Assembly: GCF_001194135.2 (NCBI RefSeq)
Contig: NC_068985.1
Span: forward strand, 92,536,375 to 92,600,374
From: Octopus bimaculoides
Lineage: Eukaryota
Length of the DNA: 64,000 nt
Reading direction: 5' to 3'
Shown: one piece after another, positions 53,061 through 64,000 of the stretch
Numbering within the stretch: the first letter of the stretch is position 1
Layout of the letters: each line of letters opens with the position of its first letter
The notes under the pieces: model-generated
Seen by the model: the letters and a program-made list of their open reading frames with translations, nothing else
Told to the model about the DNA's origin: nothing
Databases searched by the model: none
Made by a program: the position numbers and the translations under genes

Positions 53061-53196
53061 ACACATATACCCTTAATAACACACATACTCTTAATAAATG
53101 ACATACCTTTAATGACACTCATATCCTTAATGACACACATACCTTTAATAACAGACATACCCTTAATAACGGACATACCCTTAATAATGGACATAC
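53061..53196. repeat. 18-bp minisatellite, ~8 units
   Basis: ACACATACCCTTAATAAC-like units, seen as (M/I)xxIK(G/S/D) repeats in the minus-strand ORF. Confidence 0.85.
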
Positions 53197-54424
53197 ACAC
53201 ACGTATCATTTTGTTTTCTCTAAGTCTATTATATTCAGTCCTTTAAGATATTTGTCAATTGACATCTTTTGAATTTTCAGTCGGCCCCTTATCACTCTTC
53301 TTTGCAGTCCCTTACGCTTCAGCTGACACGAACTTTGTTTGGGACAAGATCATATCACTAGAAAATTAAGTCAACCTGTCACATCAGCTGAAAATCTTTC
53401 GGTCTGTTATGATTACAAGGATGGAACACAAACTTTCAAAGGTCGAAAATGGTGGGACATTATGCTGACAACAGCGAAGACATAGATAGATGACAATGGT
53501 TGGTTGACCAATATAATGAAAACATTCTATGAATAATGATCAACATGCTGACCACTTTCATATCTGCATAAGCAAACACAAGTTGGTTGTCTTTCCGGTC
53601 GGTCCTTCAGTTGGCTTTCACAATAACAACAGCAACAACAACATCAACAAATTGTGCGGCAGTTCTTCAGTACGTTTATGTACAAACTACATTAGAAGTA
53701 TTTGTTTTTGTTCAGCTGTATTTGTGCTGCTAATGTTAGGCCAAATATTACAAGGCTTAAGAAGCATGTTGCCAATTGTCAATAATAACGATTTCTTGTG
53801 CTGGCAAAAGACTACAAATGAGGAATGGGGTGGGGTGGGGGTGGNNNNNNNNNNNNNNNNNNNNNNNNNNNNNNNNNNNNNNNNNNNNNNNNNNNNNNNN
53901 NNNNNNNNNNNNNNNNNNNNNNNNNNNNNNNNNNNNNNNNNNNNNNNNNNNNNNNNNNNNNNNNNNNNNNNNNNNNNNNNNNNNNNNNNNNNNNNNNNNN
54001 NNNNNNNNNNNNNNNNNNNNNNNNNNNNNNNNNNNNNNNNNNNNNNNNNNNNNNNNNNNNNNNNNNNNNNNNNNNNNNNNNNNNNNNNNNNNNNNNNNNN
54101 NNNNNNNNNNNNNNNNNNNNNNNNNNNNNNNNNNNNNNNNNNNNNNNNNNNNNNNNNNNNNNNNNNNNNNNNNNNNNNNNNNNNNNNNNNNNNNNNNNNN
54201 NNNNNNNNNNNNNNNNNNNNNNNNNNNNNNNNNNNNNNNNNNNNNNNNNNNNNNNNNNNNNNNNNNNNNNNNNNNNNNNNNNNNNNNNNNNNNNNNNAAT
54301 TTGAAACCAAAGCTTAAGTGTTGTATATAAATTCCACATTGCTCTACCAATTCTACCAGTCACCAATCTTTCCTTTTTATTTTCTTTCCCTGGAGTGCTA
54401 ATGATGCTGGCTGCTCACTATTTT

Positions 54425-54730
54425 CATCATCATCATCATCGTTTAACGTCCGTTTTCCATGCTGGCATGGGTTGGACGGTTTGACTGGAGACTGGCAAGC
54501 CAGGAGGCTGCACCAGGCACCAATCTGATCTGGCAATGCTTCTACAGTTGGATGCCCTTCCTAATGCCAACCACTCAGAGAGTGTAGTGGGTGCTTTTTA
54601 TGCACCACCAGCACAGGAGCCAGTCATGCGGCACTGACATTGACCCACGCATGAATGGTGCTTATTGTGTGCCCCCAGCATGGGCGCCAGTGCGGCGGCA
54701 CTGACATCAGCTACAACTACAATCTCCATT
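54425..54730 (-). mobile_element. Family E: RTE-like 3' tail element ending in (GAT)n (other copies ~7455-7570, 12630-12720, 19041-19167, 39860-40045, 42560-42900, 45040-45175, 55180-55400)
   Basis: Recurrent GGCATTAGGAAGGGCATCC...CCATGC...GGACGTTAAACGATGATG motif. The RTE assignment is by recalled resemblance. Confidence 0.6.
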
Positions 54731-56029
54731 TTTGATTTCAATTTGATTGAGATTCTGATTCTGATACTGATTTTGATTTTGATTTTTGATTTTATACATA
54801 ATAATAATCATTTCTACTGTAGGCACAAGGCCTAAAATTTAAGGGGGAGGGGACTAGTCTATTACATCAACCCTAGTGTTTCACTGGTACTTAATTTATC
54901 GACCCCAAAAGGAAAAAAGGCGCAATCGAACTCAGCAGAATTTGAACTCAGAACGTAGCAATGGGTGAAATACTACAAAGCATTTCACACGGCGTGCTAA
55001 CGATTCTGCCAGCTCACCGCCTTCTCATGTATAATAATAATAATGTAAAGCCTTTTGCCTGGCACTTTACCATTTCAGCTAACTTTTAAATTTTTATTAC
55101 TGTGTGTACAGACATGACCAGGTGGTTAACAAGCTTGTTTCTAAATCATTTGGTTTCAAGTTCAATCCTTGTCTCCTTGTCTTGCCATCACACAATTGTT
55201 ATAAATAAGCATCACCATACACATGGCATCGTTCATCTTCCAATCTACGGAAACTTCTGCCTATGAAGAAACATCATCTTCTTTAAGAAAAGAAGGTTGG
55301 CAGCAGGAAGAGCATCTGGTTGCAGAAAATCTCTTGATTTCTGTCTGACTCATGCAAGCAAAGAAAAGTGGACATTTAAACAATGATGATGATGATGATG
55401 ACATTAATGATTATGTATGCGAACATATATACATACCAATGCTGCAAGCCAAACTGACCAACTTAACACACCAGTATCTCCACCGCCAGCAGCACCAACA
55501 CACATTTCCATCGCCACCATCACCACCATTGCCAACCACCTACCTCGTCTCCATGTTCACTTTTGTTTTGATCTTAGCTTTTGATCTCTGTAGGCAATAC
55601 ATTAGTAAAAGTAGTCGAACAGCAATTTACTTGAAACTGCTGATAACAATATCTAGAGCTTTGATTCTCATAAGCAGGTAATTTTTAATTCATTTTAAAT
55701 AAAGAGTCTGGAACCCTGTAATTTTGATAAGAACAACTGTTTAATAACATTATCTGCAACTGTATGTGGTTTCTACACTTTGTGTGTGTGTGTTTGCATA
55801 TTCTGGTATAAAATGCTGCACCAAGTCACATTTCTTATGTCAGAATGGTAAACAAGTACCAGACTGAAAGAAGTACTGGGGTTGATGTGATTAATTATAA
55901 CCTGGTGCCCCAGCATGACTGTAGCTCAGTCACTAGTACCAGGATATGAATAAAAGTTATTGGAAAATAACCAAAAACAAGTGTGTGTGTGTGTGTGGAG
56001 TATACGTATGTGTGTTCTCACCATCGTTT

Positions 56030-56267
56030 TAATTTTTTATTCTCTTTTATTTGTTTTGGTCGTTTGACTATGGCCATGCTGGAGCACCACCTTTTGTCAA
56101 AGAAATCAAGCCCAGGACTTATTCTTTGTAAGCCTGGTGCTTTATCTATCGGTCTCTTTTGATGAACCACTAAGTTAAGGAGACGTAAAGATACCAACGT
56201 CGGTTGTCAAGCTTTGGTGGGGTGACAGACACAGACACAAAAATGCACAATAAAATATATATGCATA

Positions 56268-56328
<61 letters not shown>

Positions 56329-56480
56329 GGCGGGTTTCTTTCAGTTTCCGTCTGCTAAATCCACTCACAAGGCTTTGGTCGGCCGAGGCTATAGTAGAAG
56401 ACACTTGCCCAAGGTGCCCGACAGTGGGATTGAACCCAGAACCATGCAGTTGGGAAGCAAGCTTTTTATCACACACCCAC
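56030..56480 (-). mobile_element. Family A SINE (further head at 56730-56895)
   Basis: Full reverse-complement match. Confidence 0.85.
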
Positions 56481-56663
56481 GCCTGGCAGATTATTTGTAG
56501 ACATCTTCATGAATGTCCTTCTTGTTGTCACCCCATGCTTGTTTCAAAGCAAAGTAATATTTCTCACAGCTGGAAATGTTTTTATAGAATATTGGAAACA
56601 AATGACACTGCCTCTATGACAGTGATGCTCATTTACAACTACCACACACTGTCAACTTAAGGA

Positions 56664-56704
<41 letters not shown>

Positions 56705-56912
56705 NNNNNNNNNNCACACACACACACATACGGCAGGTTTCTTTCAATTTCTCTTTACCAAATCCACTCACAAGGTTTTGGTCTGCCTGGTGCTGCAGAA
56801 AATATTTGCCCAAAGCCCTATGCAGTAGGAGTGACAGAACCCAATACCATGTACTTCAAAAGCAAATTTCTTAACCACATAGCCATGCCTGTACCTTGCT
56901 TGTGTGTGTGTG

Positions 56913-56966
<54 letters not shown>

Positions 56967-58450
56967 AGAGAGACAGAGAGACAGAGACAGAGAGAGACAG
57001 AGAGTGAGTGGGAGAGATACATATACATATATGTGTATACCATGGGCTCCTGCACAGTATTTCTACAAATTCCCTGCATAAAGTTCCACAGAGTGGGACA
57101 TATATTCACAGACAATGGTAAATATTTCAGCATACATGCTAAGATGCTTAGAGCTCCCATCATAGATATATAGATAAGCAACATGTCTATAAATGTTATA
57201 ACATTTCAGGAATAACTCACTGTATTATTTTCATATGGATGTAATGGCATTCTTCTCTCAACAGGTCACATGATACATAGTCTTCAGTTATTTGTGTCTC
57301 TGCTAAATATTTGTGATGTAGACAGAGATGGAGTCTCCATTCTTTCTGTCTGTCTGCCTGTCACTACTTTTAAGCATACATCTATTCATCTCACTTTCGT
57401 TATACACAAATTCATCTTCTTTCTTCTTTCTCTTCTTCCACATTTATTCTGTCTGTTTGTCTCTTTATCTCTCTCACTCTCTTAATCTCTTGTACATCAT
57501 CACCACCAACACTACCAACTCTCTATTTCCATGTGTGTTTGAAGATTTATGAATTTCTTCCTAATTAACTGGTCTGAACAAGAAGATGGCAAGCCATTCT
57601 ATTTGTCTGAGGGATTTCTCTTCAACATCCCATCCCACCTCATCTTTATTTAGAGTTTTTGTATTTTCATTTCTTTTTTTGATACTTAAGAGGAATTTAC
57701 ATCTTCAGGTGTGTGTATACACATGTATGCACATGTATGCACGTGTATGTATTTAATTTTTGTTGTTATTGTATTAGATGTTCTGTTATGTAAAGACTGT
57801 CACCAAGGACTCACTCACAGATCGATAAATCTGGATTGTTCTATATTCAATTGATTTTTTTTTCTTCTCCTCCTCCACCTCCTTCCACCTTTTTATTGAT
57901 ATTTTCTGATGTGAATATAACATAATCTTAAAAATTTGGAATTTTTCAATGAAAAAACGTGGCATAGAATTACACTTCTTGAATTCTTCTTGAATTCTGT
58001 TAGTGTTTTGTCCATGAGAAAAGCACTGCTGTGAAAAATATATTCAATGCTGCCTAGATATCTAGACATATTTCTTCACCTTTTTTTTATCTTTTGATGT
58101 TTTCATTTTCTTTTTTTCGTACAGAAATGCAAAACTAGTGTGTACTCCTACAATATTCAACTGTACTGTATGTTCATTGTGTTGAAAATCCAAAATAAAA
58201 GCTAAGAATAATCTCTATAAAATCCAGCCCTATAGAAATTTCTTTCACATATATCATGTACATTCTTTTACTTTAAAGCTTTTTGCTTTCTTTCTTTGTC
58301 TTTCTCTCTTCCTTTTTTTTTTTGTTGTCTTGATCCAATAACTTCTCATTTGTGATATAATTAAGATTATTGATAGAAATTCTACCTCTGTGCTTTTGAA
58401 ATTTCTTTTCTTTCTTTGTCTCTTTCTCTCTTTCTGAATGTGATACATAT

Positions 58451-58499
<49 letters not shown>

Positions 58500-60089
58500 G
58501 ACATATATACACATACATATATATTAATATATATTTAATATATATTTATAAATGTATACACACACACACACACACACACACATATGTGCGCATGCGCTCA
58601 CATGTGTGTGTGTGTGTGTATATATTCATTCCTTTCAGCACATTTACAACTGTTTAATACTTTGTTGGCTTCCAGTATGATGTTATATATACTCCCAATG
58701 GCATGTGAATACCTCAATTGACATGCTAGTTTTATGTTATCAAACAACCATAAATTTAACAGTCTGTTTCTTTTAACATTTTCCATTACTTTTTCAAGCT
58801 GTCATTGGTTAGAATTTTCAAAAATACCATTTTCTAATTCAATTATAGAACGGAAAATTCTGATCTTCAGTTTGTTGAAGAAATTAAAATGAAACTTATT
58901 ATTTCTCATCTACAGGTATATTTCTTTGATAGATGGGAAATGGTCAAGTGGATAAACTATTGAACTGTCTAGGTTGTTAGTTCAAATCTCATACAATTGC
59001 CTTGTGCTTTTAAGCTGCTGATATTAATTAAAGTGTTAAATACTAATGGTATGTTAATTAGTAGCTCGTATTCTCTGCACTGGTCAAAGATGGTATTACT
59101 CTCTCTCTTTTTACTCTTAAGAGATAACTAACCCCATTACACAAACTTCATAGAGGTACAAGGAAACTTTCTTTTTAATGAATTTACTGAATAGAGTATT
59201 GTTGTAAGGGTCATAAATTCTTTGATTGTCAATGGAGCAAATCCAGTAAATTTTCTTCTAATATTGCTCTTCGTATTGTGGTATAAAATGCTTGTCATTT
59301 GTTTTGAAATAATACACTATCAGACCAAAAGATTAAGTGAAGTTGAAGTCATATTGCGTATAAAAATAGCCTGAAATTTGTATGTTTATACTTATGCCAG
59401 AGTGGTAGGTTCAGCATGATGGCACAGCCTGTGACAACAGCCAGAAATAACACCACAAGAGAAAAGAAACTGCTAAGAAATTTTTGAAGTTAGTGTAATC
59501 TTGGATGTTGTTTATCCCCAGGTGAGCCAGATGTAACAGAGCTATGATGAAAGGCATTCCAGCTGTGACATCTTTGTTTATCTAAAATTACATTGTCTAA
59601 TGAGAGCCCCTACTTTTCCTTCTTTTTTTTGTTTCATAAAAGTTGGTAGGGTGTGATTTAAGTGAAAGGATTTGGCCGTTATTTTTAGCTAGTTAAATGA
59701 CCACATGGAGGTTCTTTGGTTAATTTGACCATTTCAAGAGAGTGCAACGAGGGTTATGGTTAGAGGTTGTGTTTAACTCTAGAACTACTCAGACACGACC
59801 ATCCTATCTTTTTATAGATACTTCTAACTACATTGTTATGGACATGGTTGTAATATCAGGCAGATCAAATGGGTACATGGAGTCTCTCTCTTTGGCTTGT
59901 GTAATTTGGCATACAAAAGCAAATACAAGAGATATATGTAGCATGGTGCCTTGGCTCATTGTTGGCTAACTACACTTCTATTCTTTCTTCATTGTATTCC
60001 ATCGGTGCCGGTCCAACACGCTTAGCATTATCTGTTACACCGACAACTTATATTCATCCCACAGCATCACATTCCACTACATATATACA

Positions 60090-60340
60090 TTGGTTTCAAA
60101 TTTTGGCACAAGGCCAGCAATTTCGGTGGAGTTAGGGTAGTAAGTCAATTACATCGACCCCAGTATTCAGCTGGTACTTATTTTATTGTATTGTCCCCGA
60201 AAGTCAAAGTCTATCTCGGCAAAATTTGAACACAAAATGTGAAGACAAACAAAATGCTTCTTTGCATTTTGTTTAGCTAACGATTTTGTTTGGCTAACGA
60301 TTTTATTTGGCTAACGATTCTACCAGCTCGGCACTTTAGA
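60090..60340 (-). mobile_element. Family B SINE with an internal 17-bp triplication
   Basis: TTTGTTTAGCTAACGAT-like unit x3 at 60268-60318. Confidence 0.75.
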
Positions 60341-60625
60341 AGAGATATATATTAAATAAGGATCTTCAGACATTAATATATTCTTGATGAAGGAAAGCAA
60401 TAACTAGAATCCAAGAAAGTTGAAGGATTTTGTCCAAACTGATAATTCGCTTCTACTCATGATGCATCAACTTACCATTTATTACAAATTCCATTCATGA
60501 TAAACTTTACCACAAGTTTCTTACTGACATGCAATGTGCTAATTATTATTGGAGTCAATAATTGGTATTAATGATTATGATTTATAATTCTCTCTGCTTA
60601 GGAGTAATCAATATTTAAATATAGT

Positions 60626-60845
60626 AAGGTGGTGAGCTGGCAGAATAGTTAGCACGCCGGGCAAAATGCTTAGCGGTATTTCGTCTGTCTTTACGCTCTG
60701 CATTCAAATTGCGCTGAGGTCGACATTGCCTTTCATCATTTTTGGGTCAATGAATTAAGTACCAGTTACATATTGCGGTTGACCTAATCGACTGGCGCCC
60801 TCCTCCAAAATTGTGGGTTTTGTGCCTAGAGTAGAAAAGAATATT
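60626..60845 (+). mobile_element. Family B SINE
   Basis: AAGGTGGTGAGCTGGCAGAATAGTTAGCACGCCGGGC...GTGCCTAGAGTAGAAAAGAAT. Confidence 0.85.
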
Positions 60846-60889
60846 TAAATATACTTAGGCAGTAAGCTGGCATAACTGTTATTGCTCCA

Positions 60890-61005
60890 AGAGACCAATA
60901 GAATAAGTACTAGGCTTACAAAGAATAAGTCCTGGGGTCGATTTCTTTGATTAAAGGCAGTGCTCCAGCATGGCCACAGTCAAATGACTGAAACAAGTAA
61001 AAGAG
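60890..61005 (+). mobile_element. Family A SINE 3' end
   Basis: GAGACCAATAGAATAAGTACTAGG...GACTGAAACAAGTAAAAGA. Confidence 0.8.
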
Positions 61006-61084
61006 TAGCTTTATTACCTGTGATTTTGTTGCATTCGTTCCCGTTAAAGTGGTCGTAAGGTGCAATGATGTGCGAATCCCCAAT

Positions 61085-61665
61085 AAATAGCAATGCAAGC
61101 ACACACACACATACACTGGTGCACGTGAACATATACATAAATTTATATGTGCATGCATGTATGAATAGGTACAAGTACACAAATGCATGTCTGCGCATAC
61201 AGACACATGCACACAGACATGCATGTAGATACATGCACACACACGCTCATGTGTGCACAAAAACCTGCATACACACACACATGCATACATGCACACACAA
61301 GCGCATGCCTGAATACATCCTCACGCACATGAAAATTCATGCATACATATGCACACACACTTACAAATACACGCACGCACGCACACATACATGCATGCAC
61401 AAATACTTCCATGCACACAAATCCATGCACATCCACATGAATCCATCTATACACATGCGAATTCATGCATCCCACATGCATGCATGCATGCATGCATGAG
61501 CGCAAGCTCACACTCTTAAACATGCATTCATGCCCACTTGAAGCAGAACGCACCTGTGTGTGCACACACACACACACACACACATTTGAATGCATGCATG
61601 CATGCACATGTAAACACATGCAGTCAAATATGCATTATACACATGCACACACACATACATTTGGG
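61085..61665. repeat. ~580-bp degenerate CATG/CA purine-pyrimidine tract
   Basis: Direct inspection; it generates the spurious His/Cys-rich ORFs. Confidence 0.9.
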
Positions 61666-63419
61666 TGTCAATAACGGTGAAGATCAGTCGTAGAATGTGA
61701 AATTTTAAAATTCTTGGAGTAATTTTTTTCAAGAATCTTTTTCTTTTCAAGTGAAACGGTGCATGCTGTTATTTCTAACATGACTAATGCTTTATTAGCA
61801 GAAAATAGTGCAAGCTATTATTTTCAACACAACTAATGCTTTATTAGCTGGAAAGAACGGACCTCTTTTGGAAAGAACATTTTGGTTCCTGGATACCATT
61901 ATTTAGTATAGGGTCAATGATTATTTTTCATGCTGATAGCATCTGCCAGCAATTTCTGTGAGTAATTTATTATCTAAAATATGTTAATTTTCAAGCCGAT
62001 TTCTGTACAGCATTGTGCATCTTTTTAATGATTCTCCCATCATTATCTTGGCAAAGCTGAAGGTTATGCAGAGTTATCTCCCATATTCACCAGAACCATT
62101 AAATTAATGATTCAGCTAATATTGTTTTTTTCTCACCTTTTATTTATAATTTTTTCTGTTTTGTTTTTTGCATGCTCAGTGTATTAAATATATCGACACA
62201 AACTTTACTAAGAATCCAAACAGACCCTTCTCTTTTCCCAGTACACAAAATCTATACTTCTTAGACTTTTTTCTTTTCTTTTTTAACTGTACAAAACTTA
62301 CCATTTGCAATTGTATTTTTTGTTATCATTGAATTATGGTTGAGAAGAGCATAAAAGGTGTGTAGTAGCAGTAGTAGCAGCAGCAACAGCAGGTGTAATT
62401 TTTTGATTTTCACGGTGTAGTCTGGTAAAGAAAAGCAGCATGCAAGAACTGAATATGAAGAACTGGTTTCTCCCCATCCCCTCCATCATCAGTCTTAGTT
62501 GTTTTGGAAGGAAATATACTGTATTTTACTTTCGGTGTTTCTTTGTAAATCCTTCTTAAAAATAGTAAGGTCTGATCTGAGGGCATTTGATAGCTATTTC
62601 TAACAGGTTGAGTAACCATCTAGAGGCCCTCTTGTTGGTTCATATCACGAGAAGTTTTCTTCATCCAGACCATTTGGGATAAATTCTTGCAACAGGGGTG
62701 AATCTGCTCAAGGCACTCAAGACCCAGCAGGAAGTGGTATTATAGCTACTTTTTGGCTCTGAACCAGCCAAAGGTAAAATAAATAAATAAATAGAAAATG
62801 TAAAGAAAGGAAGGAAGTAACAAAAACACCTATGTGTGAACTGCATTCAATTAGAATCCTCAAAATAACTGTAAAAATCAAGTTTTTATCATGACAATGT
62901 TTCTCTCAGTCTCCCATCCTCAATATAGCAAACATTGAGTGACCTCTTCGGGGGCCAATATATACTTCATCCCCCAACAACTACTAACCTTTTAAGAAAA
63001 CCCAAGTGAGATCCACAATATTATACAGGTCTCACATTTAAAACAGTTTTGAAATTACACAATCTAGACCGAAATCTAGAAAAATTCTTATTAATTGACA
63101 TAAAGTTACTCTCCTCCACTCTCCCATCCCTGACCCACTGCTATCCTCTCTTTGCACTCACCTTTTCTACGGTTAACTGATATGGTCTTTAATTCCTGGA
63201 GCAATCTAGTCTCATCATATATTCATGCATGCATTCCTGACTCAACTGTTTCTCTGCCCCTCAACCACTAAGTTTTTTCAACTTTCTCTCATAGGGCCTG
63301 TACTATCTCCTCTGCTCAGCCAGTAAAGTAATTCACCCTGGACATTACTGTCTCAACTCATAGGGCTCATAGAGCCACTTGTCCAATTCCATGGCATATA
63401 AGTAACCAAGCTCAAATCA

Positions 63420-63590
63420 TATACCTTGGATGGGATGCCAGCTCTTCACAGGGTAACTCATTTATAGTTGTGTGAACAGGAGCATTGTGAAATGAAGCAT
63501 TTTGCTCAAGAACACAACACACACCTAGTCCAGGAATTGAAACCATGATCTTGTGATTATCGGTGCAACACTCAAATCACTAGAGTGCAA
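63420..63590 (-). mobile_element. tRNA-derived SINE related to family F
   Basis: Reverse complement contains GGTTTCAATTCCTGG and GTGTTCTTGAGCAAAATGCTTCATTTCACAATGCTCC. Confidence 0.55.
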
Positions 63591-64000
63591 CAGTCAAATC
63601 TTTGCACTAACTACTACACTAAGTAGTACTCCCTCATCCTCACCAGAATTCTCTCTGTTTATCTTTTTCTGCCAATGTTTTTTCCTGCTGCCATCAACTT
63701 GCAATTGTCCGAGAGGAACAGTGTTAGATTTCACCAATCTCAAACAAGTTCCTGAACACATCTCCTTCCTCCAGACCAAAGAATTGAAAAAAAAAAAATA
63801 ATAATATTCTGACCATGAAACAGTTTCTCTTTTATTCAAACTTAATGTTTCATAAACTGTACAGTGTCTTAGTTTTTGAAAATGGACGGATGCCGTTTCA
63901 AGATATTATGGTTGCTTTATATAAGCATAGTTGTTCTATAACCAATGCGCTGAAGTAGATGTTATTTAGACTGATGTCAGGCTTAAACAACATCAGATTT

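Noticed and set aside
60916-61750. His/Cys/Met-rich ORFs of up to 158 aa
   Set aside because: They are translations of a degenerate CA/TG/CATG tract, open on both strands.
62455-62500. Minus-strand CTGATGA...GAAACCAGTT hammerhead-like string
   Set aside because: There is no stem II, and stem I pairs only if position 17 is missing.

Overview
This is AT-rich, gapped eukaryotic draft DNA with 10 N-gaps. It is dominated by SINEs, MITEs and microsatellites. The repeat families look like those of a coleoid cephalopod (Octopus-like), which is an inference from recalled repeat sequence and not a search result. I cannot name any intact host gene: almost all ORFs in the track are microsatellite, SINE or N artefacts, and only weak candidate exons remain. 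Supported content: ~25 copies or fragments of a tRNA-headed SINE with an internal microsatellite (family A); ~18 copies of a second SINE (family B); an RTE-like tailed repeat (family E); a piggyBac-type TTAA MITE; a Tc2/pogo-type MITE; the 3' end of an L1/Tx1-like LINE; and a foldback element. The most interesting signal is family C, a small tRNA-headed element carrying a minimal type I hammerhead ribozyme of the Penelope-associated, dimer-dependent kind. One copy has an intact catalytic core (19258-19303), one is core-mutated (11931-11976), and both loci show 5' inversions. Repeat boundaries were set by eye and are approximate (about +/-20 bp).
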